DNA of 64,000 nt. It comes from Methanobacteriota archaeon (GTDB lineage Archaea; Thermoplasmatota; Thermoplasmata; SG8-5; JAGLSY01). Of the stretch, positions 10,503 to 17,993 are shown piece by piece. The DNA is taken from the NCBI GenBank assembly GCA_020696385.1, contig JAEHCQ010000002.1, positions 32,001 to 96,000 on the forward strand, in the 5' to 3' direction. The notes below the pieces were generated by a model, which had not been told where the DNA came from, did no database searches, and saw only the letters and a list, made by a program, of their open reading frames with translations. A program made the translations under genes and the position numbers. Positions within the stretch are counted from its first letter, which is position 1, and each line of letters opens with the position of its first letter.

Positions 10503-10507
10503 ACCCC

Positions 10508-10789
10508 TTAGAATATTCCGATCCTCATTGCAAGGTCCTCAGCTGAATGGTCTTTGGTCAGCTTTATAATCGCGTGCTTACCATCCTTCAAGATCCTTGT
10601 GTTTATTTTCTCTACCTTCACTTCGAACAGCTCTTCAAATTCCTTCTTGATCTCAGGTTTTGAAGCTGTTCTGAGAACTATGAACTCTATCCTGTTTCCA
10701 TCCGTGTGATTCTGGATCGGTGTACCCAATAGGGCGTTCATCGTCTTTTCACTCACATACGGATGCAGAAGTATATCTCCTTTCTTCAT
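10508..10789 (-). CDS. rpl23: 50S ribosomal protein uL23
   Basis: P.VSEK, F.V...ASK.EIK...EELF.VKV..IN, K.AII.L. Confidence 0.95.
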   Translation of the reverse strand: MKKGDILLHPYVSEKTMNALLGTPIQNHTDGNRIEFIVLRTASKPEIKKEFEELFEVKVEKINTRILKDGKHAIIKLTKDHSAEDLAMRIGIF

Positions 10790-10793
10790 CAGT

Positions 10794-11774
10794 TCACTCT
10801 CCCAATGCCTTTAAAGCGCTTTCTGTGAAGATTGCCAGTCTACCTGGATCTCCACCGGGAGCTAACAGCTCCACACTCAACTGTGCTGGCGTGGCTACAT
10901 CCACTCCAGGGATGTTCCTCACGCACTTTGCAACATTATCTTTCTCAGAGACTACGAACAGAATGCTCTTTGGCCTCTTGTAGCGTCTGCCTCTCATCTT
11001 ACCTTTTCCAGGCCTGACGTGCTTGCCGTCTACCGAGCGCTGGATCTCATTTTCTAATCCAAGGTCACTGAGGATCTTTATTGTTTCTTTTGTGAATTTC
11101 TGATCCTCCTTATTCGGATTGTCCTTTATTATCTCATCTGAAAGGGATTCGAATCTGTCCTCGATAACAAGCGGGAGGGTCATATCATCTGTGATCTGGT
11201 GTCCCCTTGCCCTTACAAGTTCAGGGTTTGTCAATGAAGCTAATGCAGATCTCATAGCCAACCTCTTTTCCTTCTTGTTGATCTTCTGTGACCAATCCTT
11301 CTCTGGTTTTGGAGGATGTGCTCTTCGACCACCAACATTTGGTGGTGATTCGACTGCCGTTCTTCCCTGGGTCATTCTCTGAACCCTGGCTGTTCCACGG
11401 CCCTTGCCCCATTGAGAAGCAGCATGTCTCATACCTGCCATTTGACCTGGTCCATATGGTTGCCTTCTGTTCCCCTGTGCGGACTTCACTGCCCTTCTTA
11501 TGAGGTCAGGTCTAAAATCTCCCTGGAATATATCTGGTAGATCGGTCTGGCGAAGTACACTTCCGCCCAGTGAATAAACATTGATACTGGGGCCGGATGA
11601 CTTCTTGGCCTTGGTGGATGCCTGCTTTTTAGTTACCTTCTTTTTTGGTGCGGCCTTGGTCACTGGTTTGGCAGTTGCCTTAGCTGCTGTCTTTGGTGCA
11701 GCCTTGGTAGCTGGTTTAGCTGCTGCCGCCTTTGGCGCTGCCTTGGTCTTGGTTGTCTTGGTTTCTTCAGCCAT
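10794..11774 (-). CDS. rpl4: 50S ribosomal protein uL4 with ~60-aa Ala/Lys/Thr/Pro-rich N-terminal extension
   Basis: RPDLI.RAV, WG.GRG.AR, GGRRAHPP, GKGKMRGRRY, LAPGG.PGRL. Confidence 0.97.
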   Translation of the reverse strand: MAEETKTTKTKAAPKAAAAKPATKAAPKTAAKATAKPVTKAAPKKKVTKKQASTKAKKSSGPSINVYSLGGSVLRQTDLPDIFQGDFRPDLIRRAVKSAQGNRRQPYGPGQMAGMRHAASQWGKGRGTARVQRMTQGRTAVESPPNVGGRRAHPPKPEKDWSQKINKKEKRLAMRSALASLTNPELVRARGHQITDDMTLPLVIEDRFESLSDEIIKDNPNKEDQKFTKETIKILSDLGLENEIQRSVDGKHVRPGKGKMRGRRYKRPKSILFVVSEKDNVAKCVRNIPGVDVATPAQLSVELLAPGGDPGRLAIFTESALKALGE

Positions 11775-11779
11775 CTATC

Positions 11780-12775
11780 TCAGCCTCCCTGTTTTGATTC
11801 TGTTGAAATGTAGGTCAACTCTGGTGACTCCACCCTTGCCGCCCACTGAGATCTCGTGGGATCTCTGAATCTTATCAATCTCTTTATTGGACCTGGAACA
11901 GATCCATGAAGAATAACATATGAATTATTAACAATACCATAGTGAAGGAATCCGCCATTCGGGGTTATCTCGTTCCCATCGGATCCTACCTTCAATACTC
12001 TCTTGTTATATTCGGTCCTTTGGTGATATCCCATCTGACCTGCCTGAGGCACGGTCGGTCTGACATATCCTGGACTCTTTGGACCCAGCGTACCGATCAT
12101 TCTTCGGTGCTTGCTGTTCTTGTGATCCAGGAGCTTCACGCCCCATCTCTTTGTGTGACCCTGGAAACCATATCCAGTGGTGACAGCTGCAACATCGATC
12201 ATGTCACCGCCCTTTGTCCAGTCTTCGATAGTGATCTCTGTACCCAAAATTGACTTCGCATACTCCACCCTCTCGGAGATGGTTCCACCGCCGATCCTGG
12301 TTTCCATGAGCTCTGGAGTTTTCTTTGGAATTCCTGAAACGAGTTTCGGCATGGTCTGGACAAGTATCCGCACATCCTCCAGCTCGACCTCATTGATCTC
12401 CAGATTAGTTCCCTTTCCCTTACCGGGAACAGGTACTCTTCTGCTCAATTCCTTATCCAGTTTTTTGGCCCATATCTGACCAATGGTCTTCATGCCATAG
12501 GCATCCCTGCGGTAGAATTTGATCGCCACCACTTTCATTGGTGGTGTCTCTATAACCGTTATAGGGACCTGGACCTCTTGTCCAGATGTTGTGCTCTTTG
12601 GCCTGTAATCTACAACAAAAGCATGGCTCATTCCGGCCTTGTATCCTGCAAATCCCTGTATTCTGGGACCTTCTTTGCATTCAGGCCATGAGCTGAACTT
12701 GGGTGTTTCGTTCCTGGCTCTCTTCCTTGGAGAGTAGCCTTTAGAACCCTTCTTAGGTCTATGTGGATGTGACAT
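11780..12775 (-). CDS. rpl3: 50S ribosomal protein uL3
   Basis: FAGYKAGM, ETPPM, GFQG..KRWG, VPQAGQMGYHQRTEYNK, GSVPGP.KRL; start placed at ATG 12775 because a GGAGG SD lies at 12788-12784. Confidence 0.97.
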   Translation of the reverse strand: MSHPHRPKKGSKGYSPRKRARNETPKFSSWPECKEGPRIQGFAGYKAGMSHAFVVDYRPKSTTSGQEVQVPITVIETPPMKVVAIKFYRRDAYGMKTIGQIWAKKLDKELSRRVPVPGKGKGTNLEINEVELEDVRILVQTMPKLVSGIPKKTPELMETRIGGGTISERVEYAKSILGTEITIEDWTKGGDMIDVAAVTTGYGFQGHTKRWGVKLLDHKNSKHRRMIGTLGPKSPGYVRPTVPQAGQMGYHQRTEYNKRVLKVGSDGNEITPNGGFLHYGIVNNSYVILHGSVPGPIKRLIRFRDPTRSQWAARVESPELTYISTESKQGG

Positions 12776-13020
12776 ATTTAATTCCTCCATTTCTTTACGG
12801 AATTTTGCTTATACGAATCTGATTCGCATAACCAATTTTCCTCCTAAATCAATAGGAGATTGGAGCATCACCTTTCGACCGTGACGATTCAATCATCCTC
12901 CAAAAACCCATCGTTTGGGGATGCGCTGGGTATGTTTCCATTAACCCATATCGTGTGGTCGAGTAAGCGGTATTTGCCAGGGCCGCAAGGCCATGATCAA
13001 CACGCTGCTCTATTCTATGG
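12776..13020 (-). promoter_or_regulatory. Long structured 5' leader of the rpl3 superoperon (candidate r-protein autoregulatory leader)
   Basis: Several nested helices read by eye; TATA-like TTTAAATA on the minus strand near 13045-13052; SD-overlapping hairpin. Confidence 0.55.
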
Positions 13021-13180
13021 TACTTTCTGGGCATACGACTTTTATATTTAAAGGTATGGGTCAATTCATAGTAATTAATTAGAATATAGATTATGATTTA
13101 TCTATTATACTATATATATGGGGGAAACGGCATCAAAAATAAAAAAGTATTTATGCCCGAAGAACAAGCGGGGTTTCCCT

Positions 13181-13579
13181 ATGGAAGAGTTCAAGAAAAT
13201 ATTGTTCATTTGTGTTGGTAATTCGTGCAGGAGCCAGATGGCTGAAGGCTTTGCACATCATTATGGCAAAGGGAAAGTGATCGCAAGCAGTGCGGGGACA
13301 CAACCGGCCAACTCGGTCAATCTACAAGCGGTGGAGGTCATGAAAGAGCGTGGGATCGACATATCCAGTCACAAGCCAGACCTACTAACCATCGACCTGT
13401 TGGAAGAGGCCGATATCATTATCTCGATGGGGTGCGGGGTGAAGGAATCATGCCCGGTTACACTCACGGACTGTGATGACTGGGGATTGGAAGATCCGTA
13501 TGGCCAGTCTGATGAAAAATATAGAGAGATCCGGGATCTGATCGAAGAATTAGTGAAAGAGCTTATCCGAAATATATAA
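13181..13579 (+). CDS. arsC: Arsenate reductase ArsC (LMW-PTP fold, thioredoxin-coupled)
   Basis: LFICVGNSCRSQMAEG P-loop, SAGT, CP, W.LEDP; start likely MEEFKK at 13181 rather than 13118. Confidence 0.88.
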   Translation: MEEFKKILFICVGNSCRSQMAEGFAHHYGKGKVIASSAGTQPANSVNLQAVEVMKERGIDISSHKPDLLTIDLLEEADIIISMGCGVKESCPVTLTDCDDWGLEDPYGQSDEKYREIRDLIEELVKELIRNI

Positions 13580-13617
13580 TTCAGCTATCAGGGCATTTTT
13601 CCAACAGAGCATTTGCC

Positions 13618-13880
13618 ATCGAGGGTGGGTATGTTCATTAAGATTCGAGGTGGGGGCGGAGCCAGGTGGGCACGGGTGTGATGAATATGCGAACATGCCC
13701 CGGGGCGAGTGACGCAGACCCGGGGTACTATATTCGATGAAGATTCGAGTGACAGTCGCGATGTGCCAGTAGGAAGATAAAACACTCGCAAACTAAAGCG
13801 AGTGGGCAAACCAATCCCCGCCCCGATCAAAGCAGGGGCGGGGTCCTTATCCACCCCCAGCATAACAAATCCCTTCGACA
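13618..13880. ncRNA. Unidentified GC-rich structured element (candidate ncRNA; G-U pairs favour the minus strand)
   Basis: Long-range helix TGGGGGCGGA (13661-13670) with TCCACCCCCA (13850-13859); hairpins CACTCGC/GCGAGTG, CCCCGCCCC/GGGGCGGGG and CCCCGGG/CCCGGGG; no credible protein ORF. Confidence 0.45.
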
Positions 13881-13963
13881 CACCACCACACCCAGAACAA
13901 TTGGGTAATAATGAGCAAATCTTAAGTAATCAATGGGATTACCGCCTAAATACAACAACTCAT

Positions 13964-14036
13964 GCTCTCGTAGTGTAGTGGCCAATCATGAAGCCCTCTC
14001 GAGGCTTCGACGCGGATTCAAATTCCGCCGAGAGCA
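13964..14036 (+). tRNA. tRNA-Glu (anticodon CUC), intronless, CCA not encoded
   Basis: Acceptor GCTCTCG/CGAGAGC, anticodon arm AAGCC-CTCTCGA-GGCTT, T arm GCGGA-TTCAAAT-TCCGC. Confidence 0.96.
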
Positions 14037-14139
14037 TCTTTATTTATTTTATAGATCGGGATTTGAATCTTGATTCACGAGCAACACCAGTTGCGAGCGA
14101 GACCGAGCGAGCTCGGTTGATGAATTCCGCCGAGAGCAT
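14021..14139 (+). repeat. 17-bp direct repeat of the tRNA-Glu 3' end (14021-14037 and 14123-14139) flanking an ~85-bp palindrome-rich insert; att-like mini-element
   Basis: AATTCCGCCGAGAGCAT occurs twice, each copy followed by a T-rich tract. Confidence 0.8.
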
Positions 14140-14199
14140 TTATTTTTTATTTTATCCCTCGGCAATAAGTTTTAGTAATGGCTCCATCTCCCATCTCTC

Positions 14200-15156
14200 A
14201 TGGACACCACCATGCTTTGTGTGCTGAACTCGGAAGAACTGGCCTCCAAATTGGGCAAGAAAGGATCAGAGACAGATATGACCCTCTACAATCTCAAGAA
14301 AGAGGATAAATCCCTGACAGTGGCCAGTCCGACAAAATATCCCGAAAAATTGCCACCGCTTCTTTATTCGCTATATCTTGGAGAGGAAGTTTTCATGGTC
14401 ATCGACAAGCTGGATAGGACCATCGGGGAGATGATGGTCGCATGCCAGGTGATGGGAAAAGAGAAAGGCATGATTATTCTTGACAATTATATCACGCCAG
14501 ATCAGATCAAGCCACTAATCAAAGATACTGTTCTCGAGAACTGGGAGATGGTGGAAGGCATGCCGGACCCGAATATCATGCGTGAGGAATTGATGGAAAG
14601 GGAGCCAGTTGTTCGTGAAGGTCCGACAAGAGTGAGTGTGGACCAGTCCTTCCCGGTAAAAGGACTGGGTACCGTGAGTCTAGGATTGGTCGATCAAGGC
14701 ATTGTGAAGAAACATCAGAATCTCATGGTGCTGCCAGGTGGCAAAAAGTCGATAGTTCGCTCCATTCAGGTTCATGATAATGATGTCAATGACGCGGGTT
14801 CTGGATCCCGTGTGGGACTGGTTCTGAAAAATGTTGAGCCAGATGATGTCAGGCGAGGGTCAGTTCTGGCTGAAGAAGGAGTTTTGAAAGTGGCTGATTC
14901 CTTGAAGCTGAAAGTGAAGGTAAGCCCCTTTTGGCGCAATGTGCTGAAGGACGGGATGGCCATCCACATGTCATCCGGGATGCAATTCAACGCCTGCACG
15001 ATATCCATGAGCGGGGAGCTGAAAGCTGGAGAAGAGGGTGAGGTTACGGTGAAGCTAGACAATCCCTTTGTCTATGACACTTCGGACAAGATGGCATTGA
15101 GCTGGTTGGAATCCACTGGCCCCAGGGTGATCGGCAGCTGTACAGTTATTGAGTAG
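14200..15156 (+). CDS. Archaeal SelB/EF-Tu-like protein (aSelBL type) with degenerate G domain
   Basis: LGKKGSETDMTLYN N-terminal motif; EF-Tu domain II VDQSFPVKGLGTV.LG, VRSIQVHD, GSRVGL.LK, DVRRG. Confidence 0.85.
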   Translation: MDTTMLCVLNSEELASKLGKKGSETDMTLYNLKKEDKSLTVASPTKYPEKLPPLLYSLYLGEEVFMVIDKLDRTIGEMMVACQVMGKEKGMIILDNYITPDQIKPLIKDTVLENWEMVEGMPDPNIMREELMEREPVVREGPTRVSVDQSFPVKGLGTVSLGLVDQGIVKKHQNLMVLPGGKKSIVRSIQVHDNDVNDAGSGSRVGLVLKNVEPDDVRRGSVLAEEGVLKVADSLKLKVKVSPFWRNVLKDGMAIHMSSGMQFNACTISMSGELKAGEEGEVTVKLDNPFVYDTSDKMALSWLESTGPRVIGSCTVIE

Positions 15157-15219
15157 AAACTTTTGACTGGCTGGGCAAGTTTTATAAATCGCCAATGTAT
15201 ATTCAGCATTGGTGAGAAG

Positions 15220-15804
15220 ATGTCAGATAATATTTCAGATAAATTGAGCTTCCACTCCATCGAGGAGCCAGATATCGATATAATTCACAAATATCAGAAT
15301 GGTAGCCAGTGCGGTTGGATACTGGGTAGTTTCCTTGATCAGGACGAGCCCTGGATGCCGATGACGCGCCAGCTGTTGAAAGAGAAGCTGGCGGAAATGC
15401 AGAAGGAAAAGAGTGGCGGAGTATTTGCGATCAGGACACCACAGGAGGAGTTCATCGGGGTGGCATCTTTTAATACTGGCTGGGACCCAGTATGTCCCAA
15501 TTTCGCTGTCATCATCTGGCCAGAGTTCCGCAGACAAGGCCACGGAAGTCAGGTAGCTGCCACCATGCTGGACCGCATATTCAATCAATATCACGGTCAC
15601 ATGACAGATACTTGGATTAATGATTGGAATGAAGGGAGCCAGGCCTTTGTCCTGTCACTTGGATTCAAGCCTGCGGGAGTGTTCAGGCGGGCCTATGTTC
15701 GAGATGGAAAATACTCTAATATTCTGATATTTGACATTCTCAAGCAAGAATATCAAACCCATGGCCAAAAAGAGAGCCAGGGGGTGAGACAGTGGACACC
15801 TTGA
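15220..15804 (+). CDS. GNAT N-acetyltransferase, RimJ/RimL family
   Basis: IWPEFRRQGHGS acetyl-CoA motif, N..S..F..SLGF...G..R; start uncertain (15163 or 15220). Confidence 0.8.
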   Translation: MSDNISDKLSFHSIEEPDIDIIHKYQNGSQCGWILGSFLDQDEPWMPMTRQLLKEKLAEMQKEKSGGVFAIRTPQEEFIGVASFNTGWDPVCPNFAVIIWPEFRRQGHGSQVAATMLDRIFNQYHGHMTDTWINDWNEGSQAFVLSLGFKPAGVFRRAYVRDGKYSNILIFDILKQEYQTHGQKESQGVRQWTP

Positions 15805-16370
15805 AGGGAAAATTGGTACTTCTCAGGCCGCCAAAGGAAGAGGATCTAGAATACTTCGCCAGCCTCAAGAATGATCTGCGGACCCAAGGTTGGAACCAGC
15901 GGCTGCCTCTTACTTTCACTGTCGAGAGCCTACGGGACAAGTTTTTGAAGCGTCCGGAAAAGGGCAATAAAGGAATACTGGCCATAGAGATATTGGAGGA
16001 TGGGAAACTCATAGGCAATATCTCTTATGAAGAGGGGCCAGCAAGACTGGGAGCCACTATCGGAATAGCCACCGGGACCGAGTTCTGGGGCAAAGGATAT
16101 GCCCAGGAGGCGCAGGAAATTCTGCTAAATTTCCTGTTCATCGAGCGCGGTATCCTGGTAGCCAGGCTGTGGACCCAGACAGGATTTCCATGGGCACAGA
16201 AGGCCGCGGAGAAGCTGGGCTTCCGGGTGGGAGTCCGCTTTAGAGAGAACAGCATCATCGGTGGAAAATACGTGGATTGCCTGTACATGGACATGCTGCG
16301 CGAGGAGTATTTCGCGCATCTGGGAATAGATGATCCGCTACCCGACAATGGAATCAAAGATCCATTGTAA
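15792..16370 (+). CDS. GNAT N-acetyltransferase, RimJ/RimL family
   Basis: L.LRP..EED, FWGKGYA.EA, EKLGF, G.YVD...M.ML. Confidence 0.85.
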   Translation: MDTLKGKLVLLRPPKEEDLEYFASLKNDLRTQGWNQRLPLTFTVESLRDKFLKRPEKGNKGILAIEILEDGKLIGNISYEEGPARLGATIGIATGTEFWGKGYAQEAQEILLNFLFIERGILVARLWTQTGFPWAQKAAEKLGFRVGVRFRENSIIGGKYVDCLYMDMLREEYFAHLGIDDPLPDNGIKDPL

Positions 16371-16381
16371 CCTAATGGAAT

Positions 16382-17932
16382 TCAATAATACTCGATGGGA
16401 ACCATATTGCCAAGATTGAGAAGAAGATCAGGATCAAAGATCTTCTTAATTTCCGCTATTTGCTGGAGTCCAGCTTTACCGTACATCAATTCCAGGTACG
16501 GGATTTCCCGACCCTCGATCAGCACGGTCTTCTTTCCCACACCGTGCTCTGCTGAAATAGTACCACCCAGTTCTATCGCTTTCTGTGCCAGTTTTAGATA
16601 AAGAGACTTGGCACTGGCCTGCTCTTCCTTCGTGTGGGTGATGAAATTGAAATGAACATGATGGTCGCCGATATGGCCCATCATTGTGTAATGCACGCCG
16701 TCTCTGGGATGCTGGCTTTTGAATCTCTCGCCGATCTCGTGGTAATAGGCCATGATATCTGGGAATGCTTCTGGAGGAACTGCGAAATCCGTCCCCATCT
16801 TGTAACTGTCATGCTGTCTGAGGTAGGTGTTGAGTTTGTCTGGCAGGGCGTGCCGGAACTCTTTCATGGCCATATTGTCGATCCTGTTCCCGGCGAACCA
16901 ATCCTCCACAGACCCGTGCTTCTTGAGAAGACTGGACAGAACACTGGTCATCTCAGGATCCAGTGTTGATAATTCCATGAATATCGCGGCCTTCACACCT
17001 TCCTTGATAGCCGGAAATTCCTCCCGAATGAAATCCAGGGCGGTGGAATTGAAAAATTCGATGGACAGGACGCCTCTGGCCTTCAGCAATCTAAGGTTAT
17101 TGGCCAGCGATGTTGCTTTTTTCTCATCGTCGAAAAAAGCAACATCGCTGAATATCTGGCCAGGTAGCTCTTCCATAACAATTTCTATCTCCGCGAATAT
17201 ACCAAAAAGACCCTCGCTCCCGATCAACAGATCGACGAGGTCCATACCCGGCTGGGAATACAACCCAGCCGCGTTCTTCACATTCGGCATCTCGTAATCA
17301 GGTATCTTGATTGAAAGCGTTTTGCCAGCTTCTGTTTTGAATTGAATCATCCCTTCATTATCGGCGAGATATTCGCCCCTGCGTATCCGAATAACTTCAC
17401 CACTGGCCAGTATCATTCGCAGGCCAGTGATCCTGTTTCTTGTGGAGCCATAATAAAAGCCTCTGGCTCCCGATGCATTGGTAGCCACATTTCCACCGAT
17501 CTGGGAAGTGCGCTCGGTGGGATCTGGTGGGTGGAAAAGATCGTAAGGCAGGCCATTGTCCAGATCTATCAGGGTGAGGCCTGGCGGGACTATCGCGGTC
17601 TTCCGATCATTGGAAAGGAGAAGACTGGCATTGCCAGCCATCGCCTGGAACTCGATGAGGTCATATCCCTCCCTTGGCCGGAACTGGATCATCCGTTCCA
17701 TGGAGATGACGATCCCCCCATGGAGTGGGACACGCGAGCCGGTTATTCCTGTACCGGCTCCTGATGTGGATATTCGAGTTTTGGAAGAGCTGGCATCCTT
17801 CATTATCTGGATGATATCCTCCTCGTTTTTGGGAAAATATACCGCACTCACACTATCGGCTGGCGCATGATGTATATTGGCCTCGTCTGTGAGATAATCC
17901 AGAATTTCCTCCTTTTTCACTTTGATATCCAT
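16382..17932 (-). CDS. FAD-binding oxidoreductase (GlcD/D-lactate dehydrogenase family)
   Basis: GAGTG..G, PDP, IGGNVATNASG, L.IGSEG.FG, GH.GD..VH, GGTISAEHGVGK, FDP...LN.G; start at MDIKVK 17932. Confidence 0.88.
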   Translation of the reverse strand: MDIKVKKEEILDYLTDEANIHHAPADSVSAVYFPKNEEDIIQIMKDASSSKTRISTSGAGTGITGSRVPLHGGIVISMERMIQFRPREGYDLIEFQAMAGNASLLLSNDRKTAIVPPGLTLIDLDNGLPYDLFHPPDPTERTSQIGGNVATNASGARGFYYGSTRNRITGLRMILASGEVIRIRRGEYLADNEGMIQFKTEAGKTLSIKIPDYEMPNVKNAAGLYSQPGMDLVDLLIGSEGLFGIFAEIEIVMEELPGQIFSDVAFFDDEKKATSLANNLRLLKARGVLSIEFFNSTALDFIREEFPAIKEGVKAAIFMELSTLDPEMTSVLSSLLKKHGSVEDWFAGNRIDNMAMKEFRHALPDKLNTYLRQHDSYKMGTDFAVPPEAFPDIMAYYHEIGERFKSQHPRDGVHYTMMGHIGDHHVHFNFITHTKEEQASAKSLYLKLAQKAIELGGTISAEHGVGKKTVLIEGREIPYLELMYGKAGLQQIAEIKKIFDPDLLLNLGNMVPIEYY

Positions 17933-17993
17933 CGACCCGCATAGGCCGGATTTCCCTAAATATTTTTTTATCGTGTGGGCGCATACGCAATGG

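Noticed and set aside
12849-13064. 71-aa minus and 63-aa plus ORFs upstream of rpl3
   Set aside because: No family features, and the minus ORF starts upstream of the likely TATA box. The region is better explained as a structured leader.
13618-13880. RNase P RNA, SRP RNA or box C/D guide as the identity of the structured element
   Set aside because: The conserved RNase P regions and the SRP helix-8 motif were not found on either strand. A C-box-like GTGATGA at 13678 has no matching CTGA D box.
13588-13881. 97-aa minus-strand ORF
   Set aside because: No recognisable motifs; the composition looks like a by-product of GC-rich palindromes.
14021-14139. Intact prophage or integrative island at tRNA-Glu
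   Set aside because: The repeats are only 102 bp apart and no integrase gene is present in the window.
14200-15156. True selenocysteine elongation factor SelB with tRNA-Sec
   Set aside because: The protein lacks a canonical P-loop and domain IV, and the adjacent tRNA is an ordinary tRNA-Glu(CUC).
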